64,000 nt of DNA from Blastocatellia bacterium (GTDB taxonomy: Bacteria > Acidobacteriota > Blastocatellia > UBA7656). Made by a program: the position numbers and the translations under genes. A model generated the notes under the pieces. It worked only from the letters and a program-made list of their open reading frames with translations. It ran no database searches and was not told where the DNA came from. Positions within the stretch are counted from its first letter, which is position 1; the number at the start of each line of letters is the position of its first letter. The stretch is taken from positions 791,650 to 855,649 of the forward strand of contig CAVXWP010000007.1 in the NCBI GenBank assembly GCA_963765495.1. The letters are read 5' to 3'. Below, one piece after another: positions 20,392-28,539 of the stretch.

Positions 20392-22005
20392 TCAATTTCC
20401 CGCCATGTCGCTTGATCCGACAAAGATAATTTCCACGCGCCGGTTTAGCGCGCGCCCGGCCCTGGTCTTCTTTGTCGTGAGGGGCGCAGACGACCCGAGC
20501 GATTCTACTCGCATACTCGATGAAGGCACGCCGTATGCAGCTATGTAATCGGCCACGGCCTGCGCGCGTCCCAGGGCGAAATTTTCAGCCTCGACTCGCG
20601 GGTCGGAGTGGCCCTGGATGGCAAACTTGATGTTGGGATGCGCGCCAATCGCCTGGCCAAGCGATTCCATCTTGGATTTTACACGCAGGGCGAGCGATGT
20701 CTGGTTCGCTACAAAATAATTGTCGGGCAGCACTATTACAAAACCGTTCGCCGCAGGCTTCACCGTCATTATGCGCGAAAGCGTAGCCCGCAGGTCTTCA
20801 AATTCTCGGCGGCGCGTTGCTGCCTCTCTGCGTTCGGCCTCTTCCCGCTCCATAGCCTCCACGCGAGAACTGACTTCACTCAACCTGGCCGTGGCCGATG
20901 AACTCTGATTCTGAAGGCTCACCACCTGCGCCCGCGCTTCGGCAAGGTCCCGGTTTTGCCGTTCAACCTGTTCGCGCAACTGATCGTTTTCGTTCTGAAG
21001 CTGGCGGATTTCTGCCCGCGCATCCGCCGCATCCCTCAGCGCGCGGCTCAGTTGCTCTTCGGAGTTTGCGCGCGACAATTCTGAGGCGCGCAATCGGGTC
21101 TGTGCCTCGTTCAGTTCGGATTGAAGATCGGTAGCGTTTTCCGTGGCGCGGCGAACCTCTTCGTCACGTCTGGCGATCTCGGCCCGGCGCGCTGCCGCTT
21201 CGGCGCGCTCTTCGGCGATGTCGCGCGTCTTTACCGAAAGCGAGATTGATTCGCGCGATATTCGCCCCACTTCGTGGACGCTGGCCCCGCCTCGGAAAGC
21301 CGTTTCGGCATCTTCAAGCCCACGCACGGCCGCTTTGTAATCGGCCGGGTCATAGCGTTCGCCGTCTGCAAGCTTGGCGATCTGTACCGCCCTGCGCGCC
21401 TGTAAAAGCTCCATAGGCGTCTTGTTGTAATCGCGCTCGGCAAGCGTGGGCACGGACGTATCGGTGTAGTATTTGCCCGAATCGCCGGTGAAAAATATCT
21501 CGCTTGCCTGCACCTCCACTTTGTTTGTGGCCGGGGTCAGGTTTTCGAGTATGACCATTTGCGAAGGCAGTCTGACCAGATAATGCGGCTCGGCAGTCAC
21601 TATCATTGCAAAGGTCTGATAAGAAGTGGCGGTCTTGAGCCGGGCCGACCCGCCCGACAGGCGAAACTCGCCAAGATTATCCACCTGCCCGGCTGGCGTT
21701 ATCGCCCACAGCACGTATGTGTTGTAATCCGCGCCGAAATTATAAGCCGGTATCAATTTCTCAACGGTGATGTCTATCTCGCTTGTGTTTCGCTTGCGCC
21801 ATCGCTCTACCGTAGCTTCACCCTTGGCTTCGGGTCTGAGTCTGGTTCCGCCCAGTTGCACCTTTACCGGGTCTCGGAAGTAGGTGATCGCTATCGTTCT
21901 TCGGCGCACGTCGCCACCGGCTTGCGCACTGGCGATTGTGTTCACTGACAGCACGATAATTGCTGCGATCATCATGCCAGTTGAAAAAAACTGAGATCGT
22001 TTCAT
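20392..22005 (-). CDS. OmpA-family (peptidoglycan-binding C-terminal domain) coiled-coil protein
   Basis: Signal peptide, TYVLWAITP, long coiled coil, IQGHSD...RAQAVADY...NRRVEI. Confidence 0.85.
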   Translation of the reverse strand: MKRSQFFSTGMMIAAIIVLSVNTIASAQAGGDVRRRTIAITYFRDPVKVQLGGTRLRPEAKGEATVERWRKRNTSEIDITVEKLIPAYNFGADYNTYVLWAITPAGQVDNLGEFRLSGGSARLKTATSYQTFAMIVTAEPHYLVRLPSQMVILENLTPATNKVEVQASEIFFTGDSGKYYTDTSVPTLAERDYNKTPMELLQARRAVQIAKLADGERYDPADYKAAVRGLEDAETAFRGGASVHEVGRISRESISLSVKTRDIAEERAEAAARRAEIARRDEEVRRATENATDLQSELNEAQTRLRASELSRANSEEQLSRALRDAADARAEIRQLQNENDQLREQVERQNRDLAEARAQVVSLQNQSSSATARLSEVSSRVEAMEREEAERREAATRRREFEDLRATLSRIMTVKPAANGFVIVLPDNYFVANQTSLALRVKSKMESLGQAIGAHPNIKFAIQGHSDPRVEAENFALGRAQAVADYIAAYGVPSSSMRVESLGSSAPLTTKKTRAGRALNRRVEIIFVGSSDMAGN

Positions 22006-22085
22006 AAGACTTTCCCCTCATTGTGTAAATTGGGCAAACCACATATCCTGCTCAACCGCAGCCCGCCCCTGTGCCTTTATGCTTA

Positions 22086-22766
22086 TTATTTCCAAACGCT
22101 GATAACGGCGCGAGGTTTCACCAAGTAGGATATTAACAAGGAGTGGTAGCCGCTTGCCAGGCAACGAGTCGCAATCGGTGGTCTTCGGGCCAGAAACGAC
22201 CCGTTTACTCGGCAGGTGTCTTCATACTCTTGTTCATGCTCATCGAGACATGCCGGACATATCGAGTGGCTGATTTCAGCGGCCGAGTGGTTTGACATAT
22301 AAGCCTCCACGCCGTACCAGAACTTATCGTCATCGCGAATGCTCTTGCACCAGGCGCAAACGGGCAGAATCCCGCGCAGCACCTGAACATCGGCCTGCAA
22401 GGCCAGAATCCGCTCGGCGACCCTGAGCCTCGCTCTCACCTCGTCCGGGTCAAACGGCTTTGTCAGGTAATCGTCGGCTCCGGCTTCCATGCCTCCCAGA
22501 TAATCTTTCTTATCAATTCTGGACGTGAGCAGAATAAAATAACAATACTCGCTGCGCGGCGAAGACCTTATCCTGCCGCAAAGCTCGGGGCCGTCAAGTC
22601 CCGGCATCATCCAGTCTGATATTATTATGCGGTAGTCACCCGATTGATATGTTTCCCAGGCCTCTTCGCCGTTGCCGCAAGAGGTTACGTTATGCCCCCA
22701 TTTCTGCAATGTTCTGGTCAGCAACAGGCGCGAAACCGCATCATCTTCGGCGATCAAGATATTCAT
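22086..22766 (-). CDS. Response regulator (REC) with Cys-rich C-terminal tail
   Basis: ILIAEDD, SDWMMP, KPFD; tail LPVCAWCKSIRDD...SHSICPAC. Confidence 0.88.
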   Translation of the reverse strand: MNILIAEDDAVSRLLLTRTLQKWGHNVTSCGNGEEAWETYQSGDYRIIISDWMMPGLDGPELCGRIRSSPRSEYCYFILLTSRIDKKDYLGGMEAGADDYLTKPFDPDEVRARLRVAERILALQADVQVLRGILPVCAWCKSIRDDDKFWYGVEAYMSNHSAAEISHSICPACLDEHEQEYEDTCRVNGSFLARRPPIATRCLASGYHSLLISYLVKPRAVISVWK

Positions 22767-22876
22767 ACCCGTACCTTTTTATTCGAGGGACAACTCGATA
22801 ACCACTTCTTCAACCCGGGAGCAACCTTTGCAATGATTATATCTCACACCTGATCGAAGACAATACTTTCGTATTC

Positions 22877-22968
22877 TGATGCGTGAAGAGTGATGCGTGA
22901 CTTTCAGGCCATCACCTTTTGACATGGATAGCTGATTTCATAAATCACGCATCACGCATCACGCATCA
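22877..22968. repeat. Heptamer-armed element, GTGATGC/GCATCAC family, copy 1
   Basis: TGATGCGTGAAGAGTGATGCGTGA-CTTTCAGGCCATCACCTTTTGACA...GCTGATTTCATAAA-TCACGCATCACGCATCACGCATCA. Confidence 0.88.
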
Positions 22969-22984
22969 GCCGCAAACCCCTCCC

Positions 22985-25900
22985 TCAGCAGGAGAGCACC
23001 TGGCTGAGCGTGGCTTTGATGTCGTCCAGATGAATAGGCTTGAAGAGGACTTCGTTTACAAGCTCGTGACGATGTTTCACGGTTTCAGGCGGCAGGGCGT
23101 ATCCGGTTATCAGGACTATTTTTGTGTCGGGCCAACGGCGGCGAATCTCGCGCGCTACGGCCCATCCGTCCATCTCAGGCATTGCGAGGTCGGTGAATAC
23201 CAGATCGAATTTCCCGGTTTCAAGCTTGGCCAGAGCTTCACTGCCGCTTGCCGCCTCTTCCGTGTAATGGCCGGTTGAATTGAGCATGCCTGCCATCGCT
23301 TCTCGCACTCGCTCGTCATCGTCAATGACCAGGATGCTGGCCGCTTCCAGGCTTGAGGTGCGGGCCTGCGCCATCTTTTTCAACGCGGCAGACCCTGTCG
23401 GAAGCGAGATTGCGAAAGTCGAACCACGACCCAGAACGCTTCTGACTTCGAATCGTCCGCTGTGGCGCTCGATGATGCTGTAGCTCACGGCAAGTCCCAG
23501 CCCCATCCCCTTTGCGCCCTTCGTGGTGAAGAACGGCTCAAAGATGTGGCGGCGAACTTCCCGGTTCATTCCCACCCCGCTGTCTATAAAGCTCACCTTC
23601 ACCAGCGAGTCTTTCGCCTCAGTAACGATACGCAGCCGCCCGCCCATAGGCATCGCGTCGAGCGCGTTCAGAATCAGGTTGACGAATACCTCGCGCAACT
23701 CCGATGCCGACCCCAGAGCCGGGGGGACCTGCTTCAGATCGAGATCGACTTCGTAGTTGATGCCGCGAGCCTGCGCATCGTCTCTCCATCGAGCGCAGGT
23801 TAGCGTGGTCGAGTCCTGGATAAGCTGGTTGACATCAATCGAGCCATAAACGGTCTGATCCTGTTGCAGGCCAAAGCCCTGTATGCGTTTGACGGTCTGC
23901 GCGCCGTCGAGCGCGGCGCTTTCGATAATCTCTAACCGCTGGATGGCACGTTCATCCTTGCAGTCACGCTTCATCAACTGGGCGTGGCCGAGCACGGCGG
24001 CCAGTATGTTGTTAAAGTTGTGCGCGACGCCTGATGCCAGCTGGCCAAGCGCCCTGAGCTTTTCGGCCTGCGCCGCTCGCTCGCTCGCAAGGCGATCTTC
24101 GGTTATATCGCGCGCTATCCCGAGCACGCTCGACACCCGCCCTTCATCGTAGATGGGCGTGTAGGTGACTAACAGCAGTCGTGCTTCGCCCTCTCTGGTC
24201 AGCCCTCGCATTTCGAATGTCTGCGCCTGTCCGGCGAGCACGCGCGCGAATCGTTCAAGGGTTATATTTTTATCCTCAGGCGGTATGAACAGCCAGCAAT
24301 GAGCGTTTGTCAACTCTTCACGAGAGTAGCCGGAAAGCGTAGTCAGTTGTTCGTTAAACCAGACAAGACGACCTTCGGGCACGACCGCAAAAATGGCGTC
24401 GTTTGCATGCTCTATGAGCTTCGCAAGAAATCCGCGCTGCTCGCGAGCCACGGCTTCGGCGGCGCGCAACTCCGATAAATCACGCACTATGCAGACCGCG
24501 CCGAGCGAGTCTTTTTCCACCTGGCTTATCACGGGAGAAATAGTGACCAGAACGGGCCGCGCCATGTGCTCGGGCACAAGCTCGAAGGTTATCGCTTTCC
24601 CCGTTTTTAATACCTTCGAGACCATGCATTCTTCGCCCTGTATTCCCTGCATCAGAGTACAGCATCTGCGACCGAGTAATTCCTGTATGCTTGTTCCCTC
24701 AAGGTTTGCCGCCATCTTATTGACCCGCTTGAGCAGGCCCTGTTGATCGAATATGAATATGCCGTCTGTGAGCGCGTCAAAGGTGGCTTCCCATTCGTGC
24801 TTGCCGTGAGAGACCTGCTCGAACAATTCGGCGCGCTCAAGCGCGATAAAGACCTGATTTGCCGCCGCGCGCATGATCTCTACTTCATCATCGGTCCATT
24901 CGCGTGGTCCGTTCTCCATGGCGGCCGTGATCGTGAGGCGCGGAGCGCCCCTATAGAAGACTCCTACCGCCACGAGCGCGCGCATATTGAGCGGGCCGAA
25001 CAGACGGTCGATGTATGGAGCAAAGCGCGGGTCGGCTTCAACATCGGCGCAGATGAGAGAGTCGGTCTCAAGCATCTTCCCGAGATCGGGATACCCATCT
25101 ACCGAAATAGTCCCCACGGGTCTGGATGTCTCTCCACGGCTGTACTGGCACTCGACCGCCCATGTCCCCGCCTTCTGATCGAGTCTGCCGATAAGCACCT
25201 TGTCGACCGAGAGATATTCGGCAAGCTTGCCGGCCACGAGCGGGAAAATCTCGCTCAGGCGGTTCGACTGGTTGATGCCGTGAATGATGTGGCTGATGAG
25301 TGCTTCGCGCTGGGCCGCCTGTCTGGTCTCTTCAAAGAGATGGCCGTGAGAGACGGCCACTTCTATCTGGGCGGTAATCAATTCGACCATAGCGATCTCG
25401 CAGACATTCCATTTGCGGAAACAGTCGGTCTGGACAATCGAGAGCGCGCCCCAGAATTGATCGTTGACGAATATCGGGCAGATGATTTCGGAAAGACTTA
25501 TAGTCTCGACCTGCCAGGCGCGAACGGTCGCCGCCTGCTCGGGATACCGGGCGATAAAGGCAGGCACGTCGTCTATGATGAGTGTGCGGCGCGAATCGTC
25601 CAACTGGCGCATCAGGTAATCTCCGGCCTTTGCCGGAACGTTTTGCATCGAGAGAGCGGGATCGTCCACATACTCGGCGACAACTACCATCTCGTCGCCG
25701 GTCAGCTTGCGAAAATTTGTGCGGTTTGCCCCGAGTGCGCGACCGAGCTCCTGCACGGCTACCTTGAGCGCCTCCTGGAGATCGAGCGAGCGACGGATGG
25801 CCGATACTATCAGATTGACCTGAGTTGCCTGCTCGGCCGACTCTCTGGCCTTGCGGTAGAGTTCAGCCTGATAGAGCGCGACGGCTGTCTGTTCGGCCAC

Positions 25901-26947
25901 GAGTCTGACAAGCGCAATCTCTTCTTCGGAAAAGCTCCTCGGCTCGTTGCACTGCTCAAGGGCCAGGGCGGCGACCGTTTCGCCGTTATAGGCAACAGGG
26001 GCGAGCGCCAGCGCGCGCACGCCTATGCCTATGTTCAGGGCGCGCGCTTCCTGATGCTTCTCCTCCGTATCGGACAGGATTATCATCTCGCCCGCAAGAA
26101 ACTGCTCTCTGTTAAGACCCGGTTCGATGATGAGGCTCGCGCCCAGCAGACTCGGCACGAGAACGCTTGCGCGGTACTCGGCTCGCGCCGTCATAGAGGG
26201 AAATTCGTTCTGCTCGCTAAATCTGTTTTCTCCAAGCTCGGAGCGCGCATAGATGACCGTACGCGCTACGCCAAGCGCGGTCCCCGCGGCCTCGACTGCT
26301 ACTTTGAGCACATCATCGACGCCGGTTGCCATCCTTATAGCGGTCAACAACCTGTTGATCATCGCCTCGCGCTCGACGGCGATTCTGGTCATCTCTTTCA
26401 AGCGGGCCTGATGAATTGCCAGGCTCAGGGCCGAGGCTATTGCCTGCAAACAATGTTTCTCTTGCTCAGAGAATCGTTTGCCCCTGGCCCTGTAGATTAT
26501 CAGGGTCGCGACCGCCTTCGATTCGATTGATATGGGAGCGATCAGGATGGACTTTATCTGCTGACCGGATGTTGAAGATTTCGTCAGGCCCGATAGAAAA
26601 GCGACCACCTTCGGATCCGATTCGGCATCGATTTCGATCAGGCGAGTTTGATCGCTTATGCCCGAGGTAATCTCTTCCTCAACCGCCGCGAATGTGGCCC
26701 CGCTCGCCGTCGCCGTATTTGAAGAGTTATAAGCTGCTGCAAACCTCAACCTGTATTCACCGAGGCCGATAATGACCGCGCGAGTCGCGTCGAGATTGCG
26801 CCCGACCTCTTCCGCCGCAACTGAAAGCACATCTTTCAAATCAACGGATGTGGCAATACAGTTGTTGATCCGGTCTATCAGTGCCCAGTGTTTTGTCCGG
26901 TCATCACGTCCGACAAACAGATTTTCTTTTAAGGCAGAGATTCCCAT
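22985..26947 (-). CDS. Cytoplasmic hybrid histidine kinase (about 4 GAF, 2 PAS, HisKA, HATPase, REC)
   Basis: GVAHNFNN H-box, NLILNALDA, DSGVGM, FEPFFTTKG..GMGLGL, C-terminal TDLAMP; repeated GAF signatures; no TM segment. Confidence 0.92.
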   Translation of the reverse strand: MGISALKENLFVGRDDRTKHWALIDRINNCIATSVDLKDVLSVAAEEVGRNLDATRAVIIGLGEYRLRFAAAYNSSNTATASGATFAAVEEEITSGISDQTRLIEIDAESDPKVVAFLSGLTKSSTSGQQIKSILIAPISIESKAVATLIIYRARGKRFSEQEKHCLQAIASALSLAIHQARLKEMTRIAVEREAMINRLLTAIRMATGVDDVLKVAVEAAGTALGVARTVIYARSELGENRFSEQNEFPSMTARAEYRASVLVPSLLGASLIIEPGLNREQFLAGEMIILSDTEEKHQEARALNIGIGVRALALAPVAYNGETVAALALEQCNEPRSFSEEEIALVRLVAEQTAVALYQAELYRKARESAEQATQVNLIVSAIRRSLDLQEALKVAVQELGRALGANRTNFRKLTGDEMVVVAEYVDDPALSMQNVPAKAGDYLMRQLDDSRRTLIIDDVPAFIARYPEQAATVRAWQVETISLSEIICPIFVNDQFWGALSIVQTDCFRKWNVCEIAMVELITAQIEVAVSHGHLFEETRQAAQREALISHIIHGINQSNRLSEIFPLVAGKLAEYLSVDKVLIGRLDQKAGTWAVECQYSRGETSRPVGTISVDGYPDLGKMLETDSLICADVEADPRFAPYIDRLFGPLNMRALVAVGVFYRGAPRLTITAAMENGPREWTDDEVEIMRAAANQVFIALERAELFEQVSHGKHEWEATFDALTDGIFIFDQQGLLKRVNKMAANLEGTSIQELLGRRCCTLMQGIQGEECMVSKVLKTGKAITFELVPEHMARPVLVTISPVISQVEKDSLGAVCIVRDLSELRAAEAVAREQRGFLAKLIEHANDAIFAVVPEGRLVWFNEQLTTLSGYSREELTNAHCWLFIPPEDKNITLERFARVLAGQAQTFEMRGLTREGEARLLLVTYTPIYDEGRVSSVLGIARDITEDRLASERAAQAEKLRALGQLASGVAHNFNNILAAVLGHAQLMKRDCKDERAIQRLEIIESAALDGAQTVKRIQGFGLQQDQTVYGSIDVNQLIQDSTTLTCARWRDDAQARGINYEVDLDLKQVPPALGSASELREVFVNLILNALDAMPMGGRLRIVTEAKDSLVKVSFIDSGVGMNREVRRHIFEPFFTTKGAKGMGLGLAVSYSIIERHSGRFEVRSVLGRGSTFAISLPTGSAALKKMAQARTSSLEAASILVIDDDERVREAMAGMLNSTGHYTEEAASGSEALAKLETGKFDLVFTDLAMPEMDGWAVAREIRRRWPDTKIVLITGYALPPETVKHRHELVNEVLFKPIHLDDIKATLSQVLSC

Positions 26948-26955
26948 CTTTAGAA

Positions 26956-27084
26956 AGGGATGAGGGATGAGGGATGAGGGATGAAAAGGACTCTAGGGTT
27001 ACGTTCCGATAAACTGGCTTGACCAATTACCGAAATGTTTCCCCACAATCCTTTTCATCCCTCATCCCTCATCCCCCATCCCTT
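26956..27084. repeat. Heptamer-armed inverted-repeat element (GGGATGA / TCATCCC)
   Basis: (AGGGATG)x4 AAAAGGA ... TCCTTTTCATCCCTCATCCCTCATCCCCCATCCCTT. Confidence 0.9.
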
Positions 27085-27088
27085 CTCC

Positions 27089-28291
27089 TCATCGTGTCCA
27101 GTCGCCTGTTAAGCGAGAGCCTTCCATTGTGAGGCTGGAATAGCGAATATTGCGGCCGGTCGCGCGGTCTTGCATGACAAGACCCGGCTCGTTTGCCATC
27201 TCGCGTATCTCGCGCCATTGATCGAGGGGCACGGCGGTAAAGGCGCGGACTACATCGGGGTCGAAATGTTTACCGGAGCAATTGAGAAGCTCCTCGGCGG
27301 CCGTATCAAACGGACGGCCCTTGCGATAAGGGCGGTCGGATGTGATCGCGTCTACCGCGTCGGCTACGGAAAATATGCGAGCGCCCAGGCAGATCAAATC
27401 GCCGTCGAGGCGGCTTGGATAGCCGCTGCCGTCGTAGCGTTCGTGGTGCTGGGCTACGATTTGCGTAGCGCCTTCAAGAAAATCTATACCGCGCAAAATC
27501 TGAGCGCCGTATTCAACGTGGCGGCGCATATATGTCCATTCGTCTTCGGTGAGCGCCCCGCGTTTTAGCAGGATCGCATCCGGCACCCCGATCTTGCCTA
27601 TGTCGTGCAGGAGTGCTCCGTGCTCAAGCGTAATCAAATCCCGGTTCTTGAGCCCTATCTCTTTGCCCAGGCGCATGCAGTAAGCCACCACGCGCTCGGA
27701 ATGTCCCTTCGTCTCGACATCGCGAGCTTCAAGCGCGGCGGCCAGCGAACGCATGGTTGCGCGATAATTGAGGTAGAGCTTCTCAAGCGTGGTATTCAAA
27801 TTGACATTGGCCACGCTCAATTCCTGAGTGCGAAGACTGACAAGGTCTTCAAGATGTTGCTCGTATTGTTGATTGGCTTTTAGCACAGCCTGATGACGGA
27901 GGGCGCGCTGGACGGCTGTCTCTACATCCGATAAATTGAACGGCTTGGTCACATAATCGAATGCGCCGCGCCGCATCGCTTCTATGGCGCTCTGGATGTT
28001 GAGATTCCCCGAAATCAGCACCACGACCGTTTCGCGGCTGCATTGCATGATGTGTTCGAGCAGTTCCAGCCCGCTCATCCCCGGCATCATTATATCGGAG
28101 AGCACCAGGTCGTAGGTCTCTTCTTTCAGATACTCGATTGCTTCAACGGCGCTTGTGGCAGTCTTGCATTCGTAGTTTTCCGATAAGAGCGTGTGAAGGA
28201 CCGAGAGTACGTTTGGCTCGTCGTCTATTATCAATATCTTGGCCGGCTTGTTTGGCCTGTAGATCAAAGAAGGTTCAATAGAATCAATCAT
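27089..28291 (-). CDS. REC-HD-GYP cyclic di-GMP phosphodiesterase (RpfG family)
   Basis: REC domain (SDIMMP, KPF), then ETKGHSERV, LHDIGK, HHERYDGSGYP, ADAVDAITSDRPY. Confidence 0.93.
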   Translation of the reverse strand: MIDSIEPSLIYRPNKPAKILIIDDEPNVLSVLHTLLSENYECKTATSAVEAIEYLKEETYDLVLSDIMMPGMSGLELLEHIMQCSRETVVVLISGNLNIQSAIEAMRRGAFDYVTKPFNLSDVETAVQRALRHQAVLKANQQYEQHLEDLVSLRTQELSVANVNLNTTLEKLYLNYRATMRSLAAALEARDVETKGHSERVVAYCMRLGKEIGLKNRDLITLEHGALLHDIGKIGVPDAILLKRGALTEDEWTYMRRHVEYGAQILRGIDFLEGATQIVAQHHERYDGSGYPSRLDGDLICLGARIFSVADAVDAITSDRPYRKGRPFDTAAEELLNCSGKHFDPDVVRAFTAVPLDQWREIREMANEPGLVMQDRATGRNIRYSSLTMEGSRLTGDWTR

Positions 28292-28539
28292 CGGCGTTTC
28301 CTTAGATTTTCATCTCAACGACCGACGCCCGAAAACTTCCCACGAGTGGCGGCGAGCTTCTGAGTCACACCAACTGCTGTAGGGCACAATCAAAACATCG
28401 GTACATCCTGAGAAAATCCGACAGAAAGCATTCAGTTATCAGAGGGGGACGGGCCGATATTAGTACATAGGCACTGCTTTTGCAACACTATTTTTCCGCT
28501 GACACTTACAGGCAGAAGACTTGTTTGCGGCGCTCTCTG

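Noticed and set aside
24743-26530. 595-aa plus-strand ORF
   Set aside because: Antisense shadow of the clearly recognisable hybrid kinase, with no motifs of its own.
28469-28484. Plus-strand sigma54-like AGGCAC-N5-TTGCA
   Set aside because: Points antisense into the 3' end of the FHA gene with no downstream gene. The same bases read as TTGCAA-17 bp-TAATAT on the minus strand, a better fit for the HD-GYP promoter.
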